64,000 nucleotides of DNA from Lentisphaerae bacterium RIFOXYA12_64_32. Lineage in GTDB: Bacteria; Verrucomicrobiota; Lentisphaeria; Oligosphaerales; YB12-FULL-65-16. Positions 1-7,117 of the stretch are shown here, piece after piece (positions within the stretch are counted from its first letter, which is position 1; each line of letters begins with the position of its first letter). The notes beneath the pieces were generated by a model, which ran no database searches, was not told where the DNA came from, and saw only the letters and a program-made list of their open reading frames with translations. The position numbers were made by a program, and so were the translations under genes. Where the stretch lies: the NCBI GenBank assembly GCA_001803235.1, contig MHBL01000458.1:23972-87971 (forward strand), in the 5' to 3' direction.

Positions 1-614
1 AGTTCCGCGTCGCGCAGCAGGTACCCGGCCAGGACCACGCCGCCGGCGGTGAAGGCCAGCAGTGCGGTTGCGAGGCTGTTCCCGGCTGGGGCGCACAGCA
101 GCCGCTCCGTGTCGTCGCGTGACAGGCCGGCGGCGAACCGTCCGACCAGGAAGAACACGGCAGCCAGAACAAGAAGGAACACGGCCAGCGGCAGGAGCGC
201 CGCGGCGCTATCCGTGGTCGGCCCTGTGACGTTCTGGCCCGTGGCCGTCCACAGTCCCCAGGCGAGTGCAACTTCGGCGAGGGTGGCCAACAGCACTGCG
301 GCAGGGTTGAAGAACCGCTCGAACCGTTGCAGGGCCCGCGACTTCTCCAGCAGCGCCAGGCGTTCGGCAGAGTCGAACAACTCGGTGCCGCGTGCATCGC
401 CCGCGCCGGACTTCGCCTCTTCGCGCGCCAGGCGTTGCGTCCGGGCGTGCAGCAGGGCCAGCAGCGCGATACCAGCAAACACGCCACTGATGCCGGCCAG
501 CCCAAGGCAGGCGGTTGCGTCCCAGTGTCGGGCGGCGGCATAGAGCAGCGCGCCGGCCAGGGCATGCAGCCCGGCCAGCAGTCCGGCGACTCGCTCTGTT
601 GCCAGTTGTCTCAT
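1..614 (-). CDS. hypothetical multi-pass membrane protein (3' end runs off the window)
   Basis: This ORF is absent from the ORF track because no stop lies inside the window. Manual minus-strand translation from the ATG at 614..612 gives MRQLATERVAGLLAGLHALAGALLYAAARHWDATACLGLAGISGVFAGIALLALL... It stays open down to position 1 and has several hydrophobic stretches. It is co-directional with, and just downstream of, the 708..1682 gene. Confidence 0.5.
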   Translation of the reverse strand, partial: MRQLATERVAGLLAGLHALAGALLYAAARHWDATACLGLAGISGVFAGIALLALLHARTQRLAREEAKSGAGDARGTELFDSAERLALLEKSRALQRFERFFNPAAVLLATLAEVALAWGLWTATGQNVTGPTTDSAAALLPLAVFLLVLAAVFFLVGRFAAGLSRDDTERLLCAPAGNSLATALLAFTAGGVVLAGYLLRDAE

Positions 615-707
615 GGGTGTCTGGCGGGTTGACGTCGGTCCCGCAAACCTATGACGCAGTGACTCAGTGACTCCATGACTTAGGACTCTCGATTCACGGG
701 TCCTTGC

Positions 708-1682
708 CTACACACGGCTCTCAAGTTCACGGGACTGGAATGCGAGCGTGGCCATGATCAGGACCGCCGCCGCGTACAGGAACGCGTGCAGGGCGCTGTG
801 CAGAAGATAAGCGGGGGATACAGCCAGCCCCTCTGCCAGGCGGTCGTTGACCCAGAAAAGTTGCCAGTTCGGGACCAGGCTCCGCAGTACCGTGGTCAGC
901 CACGGTGCCGCGGCCAGGCTGCGGATGACGTACTCTGCGAGCAGACCGCCAAAGAACACGACCACGGCCAGGCCGAGCAACAGCCCCACGTCCGCGAGCA
1001 CGGCGAGGAACGTCATAATGCTCGAAAAGGTGACCAGCGCGAAGAAGACCGTCAGGCAGCCTTGGGCCGTCTTCCAGTCGACCGGGTGCGCCGCTGTGTC
1101 CGCCAGCGGTCCGGTCAGGTGGAAGGCGTTGGCGAGGAAGACCACGAGAAACCCGAGCGACAGCGCCACATTCGTTTGCCACACGAAGCTGCCGCCGAAG
1201 AAGTAGTGTTTCAGGCCCATGCCGACCAGGACGACGAGCAGCACGCCCACGAACTGGCTCAATTGCGGCACATCCAGGTGGAATTCCGACGCGGTGATCT
1301 GCGTTAGCCAGAGGCATCCAACCGAGGCAGTCAGGTGGATCACCAGCACGCTGCCCAGCAGTCCGGACCAGGTGCCGGCAATGAAGCAGAAGCTGCCGAT
1401 GGGGCGGCTCAGCACGACCGGCGCGGCGCCGCGCCGGATGTCCTCGGCCAGGACCATGCCGGCGCCCAGCGCGCAGGCGAGACAGCCGCCCATAAGGCAC
1501 AACGCCAGGCTTTGGTCCCGGATCAGACGGAGCTGCTCACCGAAGCTGAAGAACGGCAGGCACGCGAGCAGGGCCTGGAACGCGAGCATGCTGAGCAGCA
1601 GAATGAGCGAGAACGGACTGCCCAGTGTCACCACAAAGGCGTTCCGGCCGATGGCGCCATACTGCTTGAACCACTTGATCAT
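708..1682 (-). CDS. polytopic membrane protein (possibly ABC-2-type permease-like; function uncertain)
   Basis: This is the 708..1721 track ORF. It has about 8 hydrophobic helices and an LSRPIG motif reminiscent of ABC-2/NosY-like permeases. I prefer the internal ATG at 1682 (MIKWFKQYGAIGRNAF...); 1721 remains possible. No ATPase partner is nearby, so the functional call is weak. Confidence 0.6.
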   Translation of the reverse strand: MIKWFKQYGAIGRNAFVVTLGSPFSLILLLSMLAFQALLACLPFFSFGEQLRLIRDQSLALCLMGGCLACALGAGMVLAEDIRRGAAPVVLSRPIGSFCFIAGTWSGLLGSVLVIHLTASVGCLWLTQITASEFHLDVPQLSQFVGVLLVVLVGMGLKHYFFGGSFVWQTNVALSLGFLVVFLANAFHLTGPLADTAAHPVDWKTAQGCLTVFFALVTFSSIMTFLAVLADVGLLLGLAVVVFFGGLLAEYVIRSLAAAPWLTTVLRSLVPNWQLFWVNDRLAEGLAVSPAYLLHSALHAFLYAAAVLIMATLAFQSRELESRV

Positions 1683-1867
1683 GCCGAGTCCGCAGAGGTA
1701 GCGTGTGTCCGCTGTTTGCATCCGGTGGCAGGGGGCTGGTGGACCAGCCCAAGCTGCCGGCGGTGTCCGAGCTCAACAATATCCGTTTCGGGGCCGGTTT
1801 TTCAAGCGCGGGCGGGCCAGCGCGCGAGCGAAGGCGGGGCGAGATAGGAGACGGGTGCGGTTGAGGA

Positions 1868-1971
1868 TGGAAGGTGGGCGAACGCGGAGCAAGGGGCCCG
1901 GCCGGGACGGCCCCGAGCACCCTGCTGCGGTCCCGGAGGTCCCGCGCCACTGCCGTTCGGTCCACCTTCCA
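1868..1971. repeat. intergenic repeat family C, copy 1 (about 60-nt conserved core inside a 10-bp inverted-repeat frame)
   Basis: The core GGCCGGGACGGCCCCGAGCACCCTGCTGCGGTCCCGGAGGTCCCGCGCCACTGCCG (about 1899-1960) recurs nearly identically at 23429-23490. It is flanked by TGGAAGGTGG (1868-1877) and CCACCTTCCA (1962-1971). Confidence 0.7.
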
Positions 1972-1983
1972 CCCTGCCTCTTC

Positions 1984-2793
1984 TCACCCCAGCGCCACGT
2001 CGAGGGTCATCATGACGGCGAACCCGAGCATGGTGCCGAGCGTGGCGAAGTCGGTATTGCCGCCCTGCTGCGATTCGGGGATGAGTTCCTCGACGACGAC
2101 GTAGATCATGGCGCCGGCGGCAAAGGCCAGCGCGTAGGGCAGCAGGGGCTGGACCACGACCACGAGCGCGGCGCCGAGTACGCCGGCGATCGGTTCGACG
2201 ACACCGGAGAGCTGTCCGTACCAGAAGCACTTGAGGCGCGGCAGGCCCTCGCGCCGCAGCGGTACGGACACGGCGGCGCCTTCGGGGAAGTTCTGCAGGC
2301 CGATGCCGATGGCCAGCGCCACGGCCGCTGCCAGCGTCGCGTCGGGGTGTCCGACCGCGGCGGCGCCGAACGCAACGCCGACCGCCAGGCCTTCCGGGAT
2401 GTTGTGCAGGGTAATGGCCAGGACGAGCAGGATGCTGCGCTCCCACGACGTCTTGATCCCTTCCGCCTGCGCGGTCGGGAAGTTGAGGTGCAGGTGCGGC
2501 AGGAATGCATCGACCACGCGCAGGAACACGCCGCCGGCCAGGAACCCGCAAGTGGCCGGGACCCACGAGGGAAGCGGGCCGCCTTCGGACATTGCGATGG
2601 CGGGCGCCAGCAGCGACCAGTAACTGGCCGCGATCATGACGCCGGCGGCAAACCCGAGCATGCCGTCCAGCGCCTTGCGGTTGATCTCCTTGAAGAAGAA
2701 GACCATCGCCGCGCCCAGTGCAGTGACGAACCACGTGAAGCCGGTGCCGACCAGCGCCTGCCACACGGGACTCAGTTCTTTGAACGCATCCAT
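1984..2793 (-). CDS. ZIP family divalent metal transporter (ZupT/GufA-like)
   Basis: This is the C-terminal 269 aa of the 1984..3279 ORF. It starts [19 protein letters not shown]... and carries the ZIP signatures [11 protein letters not shown] and [11 protein letters not shown]. The ATG is at 2793..2791. The upstream 162 codons of the track ORF are R/S/A-rich and overlap the divergent gene. Confidence 0.85.
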   Translation of the reverse strand: MDAFKELSPVWQALVGTGFTWFVTALGAAMVFFFKEINRKALDGMLGFAAGVMIAASYWSLLAPAIAMSEGGPLPSWVPATCGFLAGGVFLRVVDAFLPHLHLNFPTAQAEGIKTSWERSILLVLAITLHNIPEGLAVGVAFGAAAVGHPDATLAAAVALAIGIGLQNFPEGAAVSVPLRREGLPRLKCFWYGQLSGVVEPIAGVLGAALVVVVQPLLPYALAFAAGAMIYVVVEELIPESQQGGNTDFATLGTMLGFAVMMTLDVALG

Positions 2794-2799
2794 CGGCGC

Positions 2800-2828
2800 T
2801 TGACCTCTCTGTGAATGCTGGTTAGATT
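2800..2828 (+). promoter_or_regulatory. candidate sigma70-type promoter for the UPF0016-ferritin-like gene
   Basis: TTGACC (2800-2805), a 17-nt spacer and TAGATT (2823-2828) lie in the divergent ZIP/UPF0016 intergenic region. The prediction rests on pattern only. Confidence 0.3.
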
Positions 2829-2911
2829 CGTGGCGCCCCGGGAGCCCCCGGTTGCCTCCGCGTGGAGGAACCTGAGACGCGATGAAGAACGGGGTATATG
2901 GAGACCAAAAT

Positions 2912-3751
2912 ATGGACGTGAAGATTCTGTTGGCAAGTTTCGGGTTGGTGTTCCTGGCGGAACTGGGCGACAAGACGCAATTGACGGCGCTGGCGTTCTC
3001 CGCGTCGAGCCGCAGTCCGTGGTCGGTGTTCCTCGGCACGAGCCTGGCGCTGGTGGCCGCCTCGGCGATTGCCGTGGTGGCGGGCGCGGCGCTGGCGCGC
3101 GTCGTGCCGGAGCGAATCCTGCACATCGTCTCGGCGGTCATGTTCATCACCGTAGGCGTAATCCTACTGGTGAACCAGGCGCGGAAGGCGACGGCGGTGC
3201 AACCCGCGCCTGGCGAGGCGGCGCCGTCCTCGGCCGTGCCCGCGCTGGCGCCGGACCGGAACTTGCTCTCGGACTTCATTCTCCGTCAGGCGGTCCGGTT
3301 CGAGGAAGACCTGACGCAGGCGCTGCGCGACCAGGCAGCCAAGGCTGCGAACCCCGCACTGCGGGACGGACTCCTGGCCATGGCCAAGGAAGACGAAGCT
3401 CACGCCAAGTCTCTGTCCGCCCTGTGTGGGGAACTCACGCCTGCCGCCGCGCTTCAGCCTCCACCTTCCACTCCCGACGTAGCCCCGGCCGGGCCGGAAC
3501 TGGACGCCTCGACTCGTGACATGCTGGCTGAGTTGCAGGCTGGCGTCTCGGCGGTCGATCCGATCCGGGACAGCATCCGGCGCCAGGAAGCGGCGGCGGC
3601 ATTCTACGTAGCCCTGGCGCGGATTGCGCCGCTGCACGGCGCGCGCGACACCCTGCGCTGGCTCGCCATGGAGGAACTGCGCCACGCCCAGCACCTGTGC
3701 ACGCTGGTCAACCACGAGCCGGAAAAGGGCTCGCCAGGGAACCTGTCGTGA
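2912..3751 (+). CDS. single-repeat UPF0016 (GDT1/TMEM165-type) membrane domain fused to a ferritin-like four-helix domain
   Basis: This is the 2882..3751 ORF. The N-terminus [29 protein letters not shown] carries the E-x-G-D-K-T family motif and three hydrophobic helices. The C-terminal ~190 aa is soluble, with RFEEDL / [10 protein letters not shown] / RRQEAAAAF / [10 protein letters not shown] (an E, D/ExxH, E, ExxH pattern). The start at ATG 2912 is preferred; 2882 is possible. Confidence 0.75.
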   Translation: MDVKILLASFGLVFLAELGDKTQLTALAFSASSRSPWSVFLGTSLALVAASAIAVVAGAALARVVPERILHIVSAVMFITVGVILLVNQARKATAVQPAPGEAAPSSAVPALAPDRNLLSDFILRQAVRFEEDLTQALRDQAAKAANPALRDGLLAMAKEDEAHAKSLSALCGELTPAAALQPPPSTPDVAPAGPELDASTRDMLAELQAGVSAVDPIRDSIRRQEAAAAFYVALARIAPLHGARDTLRWLAMEELRHAQHLCTLVNHEPEKGSPGNLS

Positions 3752-3809
3752 ACCGCGCGGCCTGCATGTATGCCTTGGACTCCCGTTTGTCACTCGCAGG
3801 CCGCGATAG

Positions 3810-3863
3810 AGTGGCGGGAGCGGCTCGCTCCGGCGCCTGCGGGAGCGAGCCGCTCCCGCCACT
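3810..3863. repeat. repeat family A, copy A1 (core only): perfect 22-bp-stem hairpin
   Basis: AGTGGCGGGAGCGGCTCGCTCC (3810-3831) pairs with GGAGCGAGCCGCTCCCGCCACT (3842-3863). The arm sequence GTGGCGGGAGCGGCTCGCTCC is shared with copies at about 6880 and about 30112. The hairpin sits 60 nt after the stop of the 2912..3751 gene, so it could also act as a terminator. Confidence 0.75.
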
Positions 3864-4013
3864 TTGCCAGAGCGTCCGGGACGGAAGCGAGAAGAACCAA
3901 CACATGGTCGGGCGGTCTGCCGCCCGGGAGCCGCTGTCGCGTCTGCCATACCGCGCGGCACGAGTGCAAAGGGTCCTCGGGTGAGCCCCGAGACTTGGAA
4001 CGGAGGCGTTGCG

Positions 4014-4922
4014 GTGAAGACACGAGAGTTGGCTTTCTACCTGAACCCGTGCGGACCGGACCGGCGTGCGATCATGAAGCTCCTGGCAGAGGCGGGCGTC
4101 CGCCGCATCGGCACGGACGGCTTTCCCTGGCAGGTCGATAAGGATCGGCCGGCGGTCGATGCGTTTCTCCGGGACTGCCGCGACTTCGGCCTGAGCGTGT
4201 ACTCGATGCACGGAATGCTGTCGCTTCTGGCCCGCGCCGACAGCGACATGCCCGCCGATCTGATGACGGCGCACGTGCGGGACCTGCAGCGGCTTGCCGT
4301 CTTGGGCGGCAAGACGGTGGTCTACCACGCCTGCTGGATGCGGGACGTCACTGCCGAGCAGATCGACACGGCGATTGCGGCGGTCGGCTGGGACGCGTTT
4401 GTCGCGCGTTACGCCAAGGCGTTGCGAGACCTGGCCGCGGCGGCGTGCGAACTGGGGCTTGACATTGTCGTCGAAAACATCTGGCACAGCGTCCACTCCC
4501 AGTCTGTCGCCGGGTACATGGATATCATCCGCGCTGCGGATGCGCCGAACGTCGGCATTCTGCTGGACTCGGGCCATGCGCACCTGGCGGGGAAGTCGGT
4601 CGGCGACGAAATCCGGACTGCCGGATCGTTGTTGCGCGATACGCATTTCCACGACAATGTCGGGTGCCGGAACGGCGTCTTTTTTGACCAGCATATCCCG
4701 CCGGGCCTGGGCACCATCGACTGGCATGATGCCTGTCGGGCACTGAACGAGATCAACTTCCCCGGTCCGGTCGTCTTTGAAGGTGTGCTGGGCCCGGGCG
4801 ACAGCATTGAGAAGGGCCGCTTCGGCGGTCAGCTTTCCCATCGCGACATCATCGAGATTACCATCCGCAACTGGCGCGCGTTTGAGGCTCTGGCGAGCCA
4901 GGCGCCGCCGGCTAGCGCTTGA
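4014..4922 (+). CDS. sugar phosphate isomerase/epimerase (xylose isomerase-like TIM barrel family)
   Basis: This lies in the 3864..4922 ORF. The body matches the family style (VVENIWHS..., LLDSGHAHLAG, HFHDN, IDW...). The first 50 codons of the track ORF run through repeat A1, so I start at GTG 4014, preceded by GGAACGGAGG. ATG 4074 is an alternative. Confidence 0.7.
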   Translation: MKTRELAFYLNPCGPDRRAIMKLLAEAGVRRIGTDGFPWQVDKDRPAVDAFLRDCRDFGLSVYSMHGMLSLLARADSDMPADLMTAHVRDLQRLAVLGGKTVVYHACWMRDVTAEQIDTAIAAVGWDAFVARYAKALRDLAAAACELGLDIVVENIWHSVHSQSVAGYMDIIRAADAPNVGILLDSGHAHLAGKSVGDEIRTAGSLLRDTHFHDNVGCRNGVFFDQHIPPGLGTIDWHDACRALNEINFPGPVVFEGVLGPGDSIEKGRFGGQLSHRDIIEITIRNWRAFEALASQAPPASA

Positions 4923-5291
4923 CAGCTTGTGCTGCGGACCGCAGTCCTTTCTGGTTGACGACCTGCGTGGCCAGTACTACCTTTGGTCCTGCGAAGGGGG
5001 CCGATGCCCGGACATCCGTCGCCACCCATTATCCGGACGTGAGCTATGCGCGACCCGCAATCGGTTTCGACCTCGACAGCCGACTCGACAGATGGCGAAC
5101 GCCTTGCCATTTGCTCCAGGACACGCTCGTTCGTAGTGGGCTCGCAGTGCGCGCAACGCAGTGCAGCGCCAAGAGCCCAACCGGCGTGCAGCGTCGGGTA
5201 CGGGGATGGTGTCTTGCCCGGCGGCCGTCCGCCGGGCTTGCGACACCACTACGAGCGGCGTGTGCGTGGGCTCCTCGCACGGACAGCGCGG

Positions 5292-6563
5292 ATGGTGTGG
5301 GTTACCACTACCCTTACGTGCGGATTGAGTGTCGGGATCGCGTTGGCGCAGGTGCCGGCCGTGGTGCTCGAAGGTCAACTGCAGCTCGCGCCGGAAGAGC
5401 AGAAGGACATCGCACTGCCCGCGGCTGAGCGGACGGCGGGCGCGGTCCGGTTCTGGTTCCGGCCGGACGGGGTCAGTGCGGGAACGCTGCTCGACCTCTC
5501 GGGGCTGACCGTGGCGTACTACGAGAGCAAGAACGTCGACTATTTCCACCTGAAATGGCCGGGTGCCGATGGCAAGCAGGCGCAAGCCAAGTGGGGCCTG
5601 CCAACGCCGCATTACCCGGAGCGCTGGCACCGGATCGATGTGCAGTGGGACAAGGACCGGACCGCGCGGCTCGCGATCGATGGCGGCTATGCGTCGGTGA
5701 ACGAGAAAGCCTTGCCGGAAGGCTTTCGTGTGACCGCGTTGCGGTTTGGGCCAAAGGTCAAGGGTGCCGTTGAGCGGGTGATGCTCTTCGAGGGCGCGCC
5801 GGACAATGCCCCGTTCGTCGGCGTCCATGCCGCGTACGACTTCGAGGGGCCGGAAGCGGCGGCGGGCTGGTCGGGGTACCAGGGCGCGCCGATTGCGCTC
5901 AACGCCGGGGACGGCGCGATGGGGAGCAAAGGCTTCCTGCGCGTGGGGCCGCACCCGGACAAGTGGGTCGGCGTCAACACAAGCTTGCCGTTCTTAGCCG
6001 GTGAGAACACCTGGGTCGGATTCTCGGCGCGGATTCCGCAGGGCGGCAGCATCAAGTTCATGCTGGCGGACGACAAGCAGAAGAAGAACGTCTCGAAGGC
6101 GTTCGAACTGCCGAAGGACGGGGCGTGGGCGACATGTTGGTTGCAGGTGCGCTGGCTCGGGGTGAGCCCGGACACGCTCATTCCGCGGCTGAGCTTTTTT
6201 GTCGATAACCCGTCGCGGGCGCCGGTCTACTACGATGTGGACAACATCGTGATCGGGAGCGGTGCGAAGATCGAGCCGCCGCAATCGGTGCCGGGCGTGA
6301 CTGCGTCGTTCAACGGTGACCTGGCGACGGTGGCATGGAGCGCGCCGTTCGCACTGGGCGGGGTGCGCGAGTACCGGGTGTACCGCGGCCTGCATGCGGA
6401 GTTCGCATGCGACCAGCGGCACTTGATCGAGGTGACGACGAACGCGGCGGCGACCGACACGGCATTCGCGCACAACGGCGAGTACTTCTACGCCGTGCGC
6501 GCCGTCGATTTCGCCGGCAACGAAGGCCCCGACAGCGGCGCGGTGCGTGTCGAGGTGAAGTGA
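5292..6563 (+). CDS. secreted LamG/concanavalin-like lectin-fold protein with a C-terminal FN3-like domain
   Basis: This lies in the 5046..6563 ORF. The internal ATG at 5292 gives the signal-like N-terminus MVWVTTTLTCGLSVGIALAQVPAVV. A LamG-like stretch follows (WHRIDVQWDKDRTARLAIDGG). The C-terminus REYRVYRG...YFYAVRAVDFAGNEGP is FN3-like. Confidence 0.7.
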   Translation: MVWVTTTLTCGLSVGIALAQVPAVVLEGQLQLAPEEQKDIALPAAERTAGAVRFWFRPDGVSAGTLLDLSGLTVAYYESKNVDYFHLKWPGADGKQAQAKWGLPTPHYPERWHRIDVQWDKDRTARLAIDGGYASVNEKALPEGFRVTALRFGPKVKGAVERVMLFEGAPDNAPFVGVHAAYDFEGPEAAAGWSGYQGAPIALNAGDGAMGSKGFLRVGPHPDKWVGVNTSLPFLAGENTWVGFSARIPQGGSIKFMLADDKQKKNVSKAFELPKDGAWATCWLQVRWLGVSPDTLIPRLSFFVDNPSRAPVYYDVDNIVIGSGAKIEPPQSVPGVTASFNGDLATVAWSAPFALGGVREYRVYRGLHAEFACDQRHLIEVTTNAAATDTAFAHNGEYFYAVRAVDFAGNEGPDSGAVRVEVK

Positions 6564-6641
6564 GGGGGAGTGTGGGGGCTTCCCGCCCCACGCCCCCGGC
6601 CAAGGGGCGTCGTTGACCCCCCTTGGAACCCCTCGGTGTTG

Positions 6642-6698
6642 CCTCGGGAATCGGGAGGGTTGACCGCCTGCCGCGGTCAACCCTCCCGATTCCCGAGG
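6642..6698 (+). terminator. perfect 26-bp-stem hairpin downstream of the LamG/FN3 gene
   Basis: CCTCGGGAATCGGGAGGGTTGACCGC (6642-6667) pairs with GCGGTCAACCCTCCCGATTCCCGAGG (6673-6698) around a 5-nt loop, 79 nt after the stop. There is no U-tract, so a terminator role is only plausible. Confidence 0.4.
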
Positions 6699-6780
6699 CG
6701 GAGCCGTCCGCCGCAGCGGCGGAGGAAGAGGAGAATGGCCTGCGGCGGCAGACTCGTCGGCGAGTGCGACACGGCAAGGT

Positions 6781-7024
6781 TCGTAGTCCCGCGTGCACGC
6801 GGTCCGGGTGCGTGTGGCGACGGGATGCTCAGACCGCCTGACGGGCGTGTCGATCTAGTGCGGCAGCAGGCCTCCCAGAGTGGCGGGAGCGGCTCGCTCC
6901 CGCATACCGGACCGACGTGTCCCGGCGAAGTGCTTGCACGAAGCCGGAGCCGGTCCGGCCACTTTGGGCGTGGCTGCGCATTTGAGGTGGCCAAATCGAC
7001 ACGTCCTGACGGAGGGGCTACGAG
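6781..7024. mobile_element. composite structured repeat: family-A element (6845-7004, 160 bp) nested in a family-B element
   Basis: The B left end is GTAGTCCCGCGTGCACGCGGTCC (6783-). The A element has termini GCGTGTCGAT (6845-6854) and ATCGACACGT (6995-7004). It is flanked by the direct repeat CCTGACGG (6837-6844 and 7005-7012). A B-like right end AGGGGCTACGAG follows. An uninterrupted B copy lies at 41299-41377. Confidence 0.7.
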
Positions 7025-7117
7025 CCGCGGATGCGCCGCCGTTTGGGCCGACGTGGCAGTTTGACGGTGTCTCTACGTGCGCATCCTGATGGCGTACACA
7101 AGGAGAGGTGCTGGAAC

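Noticed and set aside
49-632. Plus-strand ORFs 49..543 and 327..632
   Set aside because: Their R/A/S/P-rich composition is typical of wrong-frame reading in high-GC DNA. They are antisense to a minus-strand reading frame that is open from 614 to the window edge and encodes a plausible membrane protein.
1705-2814. ORFs 1705..2814 (+, 369 aa), 1802..2764 (-, 320 aa) and other frames over the ZIP gene
   Set aside because: These are shadow ORFs overlapping the ZIP-family gene, which has clear family motifs. They are extremely Arg/Gly/Pro-rich with no motifs.
2794-2911. Possible yybP-ykoY (Mn2+) riboswitch upstream of the UPF0016-type gene
   Set aside because: The family is a known target of that riboswitch, so I looked for it. 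The ~80-nt leader lacks the conserved GGGGAGUAG / UUGACAUA / GAGAGAC elements and is too short for the four-way structure. Only a weak GGGGUAUAUGGAGACC resemblance exists.
2794-3279. N-terminal 162-codon extension of the 1984..3279 ORF
   Set aside because: The extension has no transporter-like sequence and overlaps the divergent UPF0016 gene and its promoter. The internal ATG at 2793 gives a full-length ZIP protein.
3708-5954. Long minus-strand ORFs 3708..4841 (377 aa) and 4977..5954 (325 aa)
   Set aside because: They are antisense to the isomerase and LamG/FN3 genes. Both are Arg/Pro-rich with no motifs, and the first runs through repeat A1.
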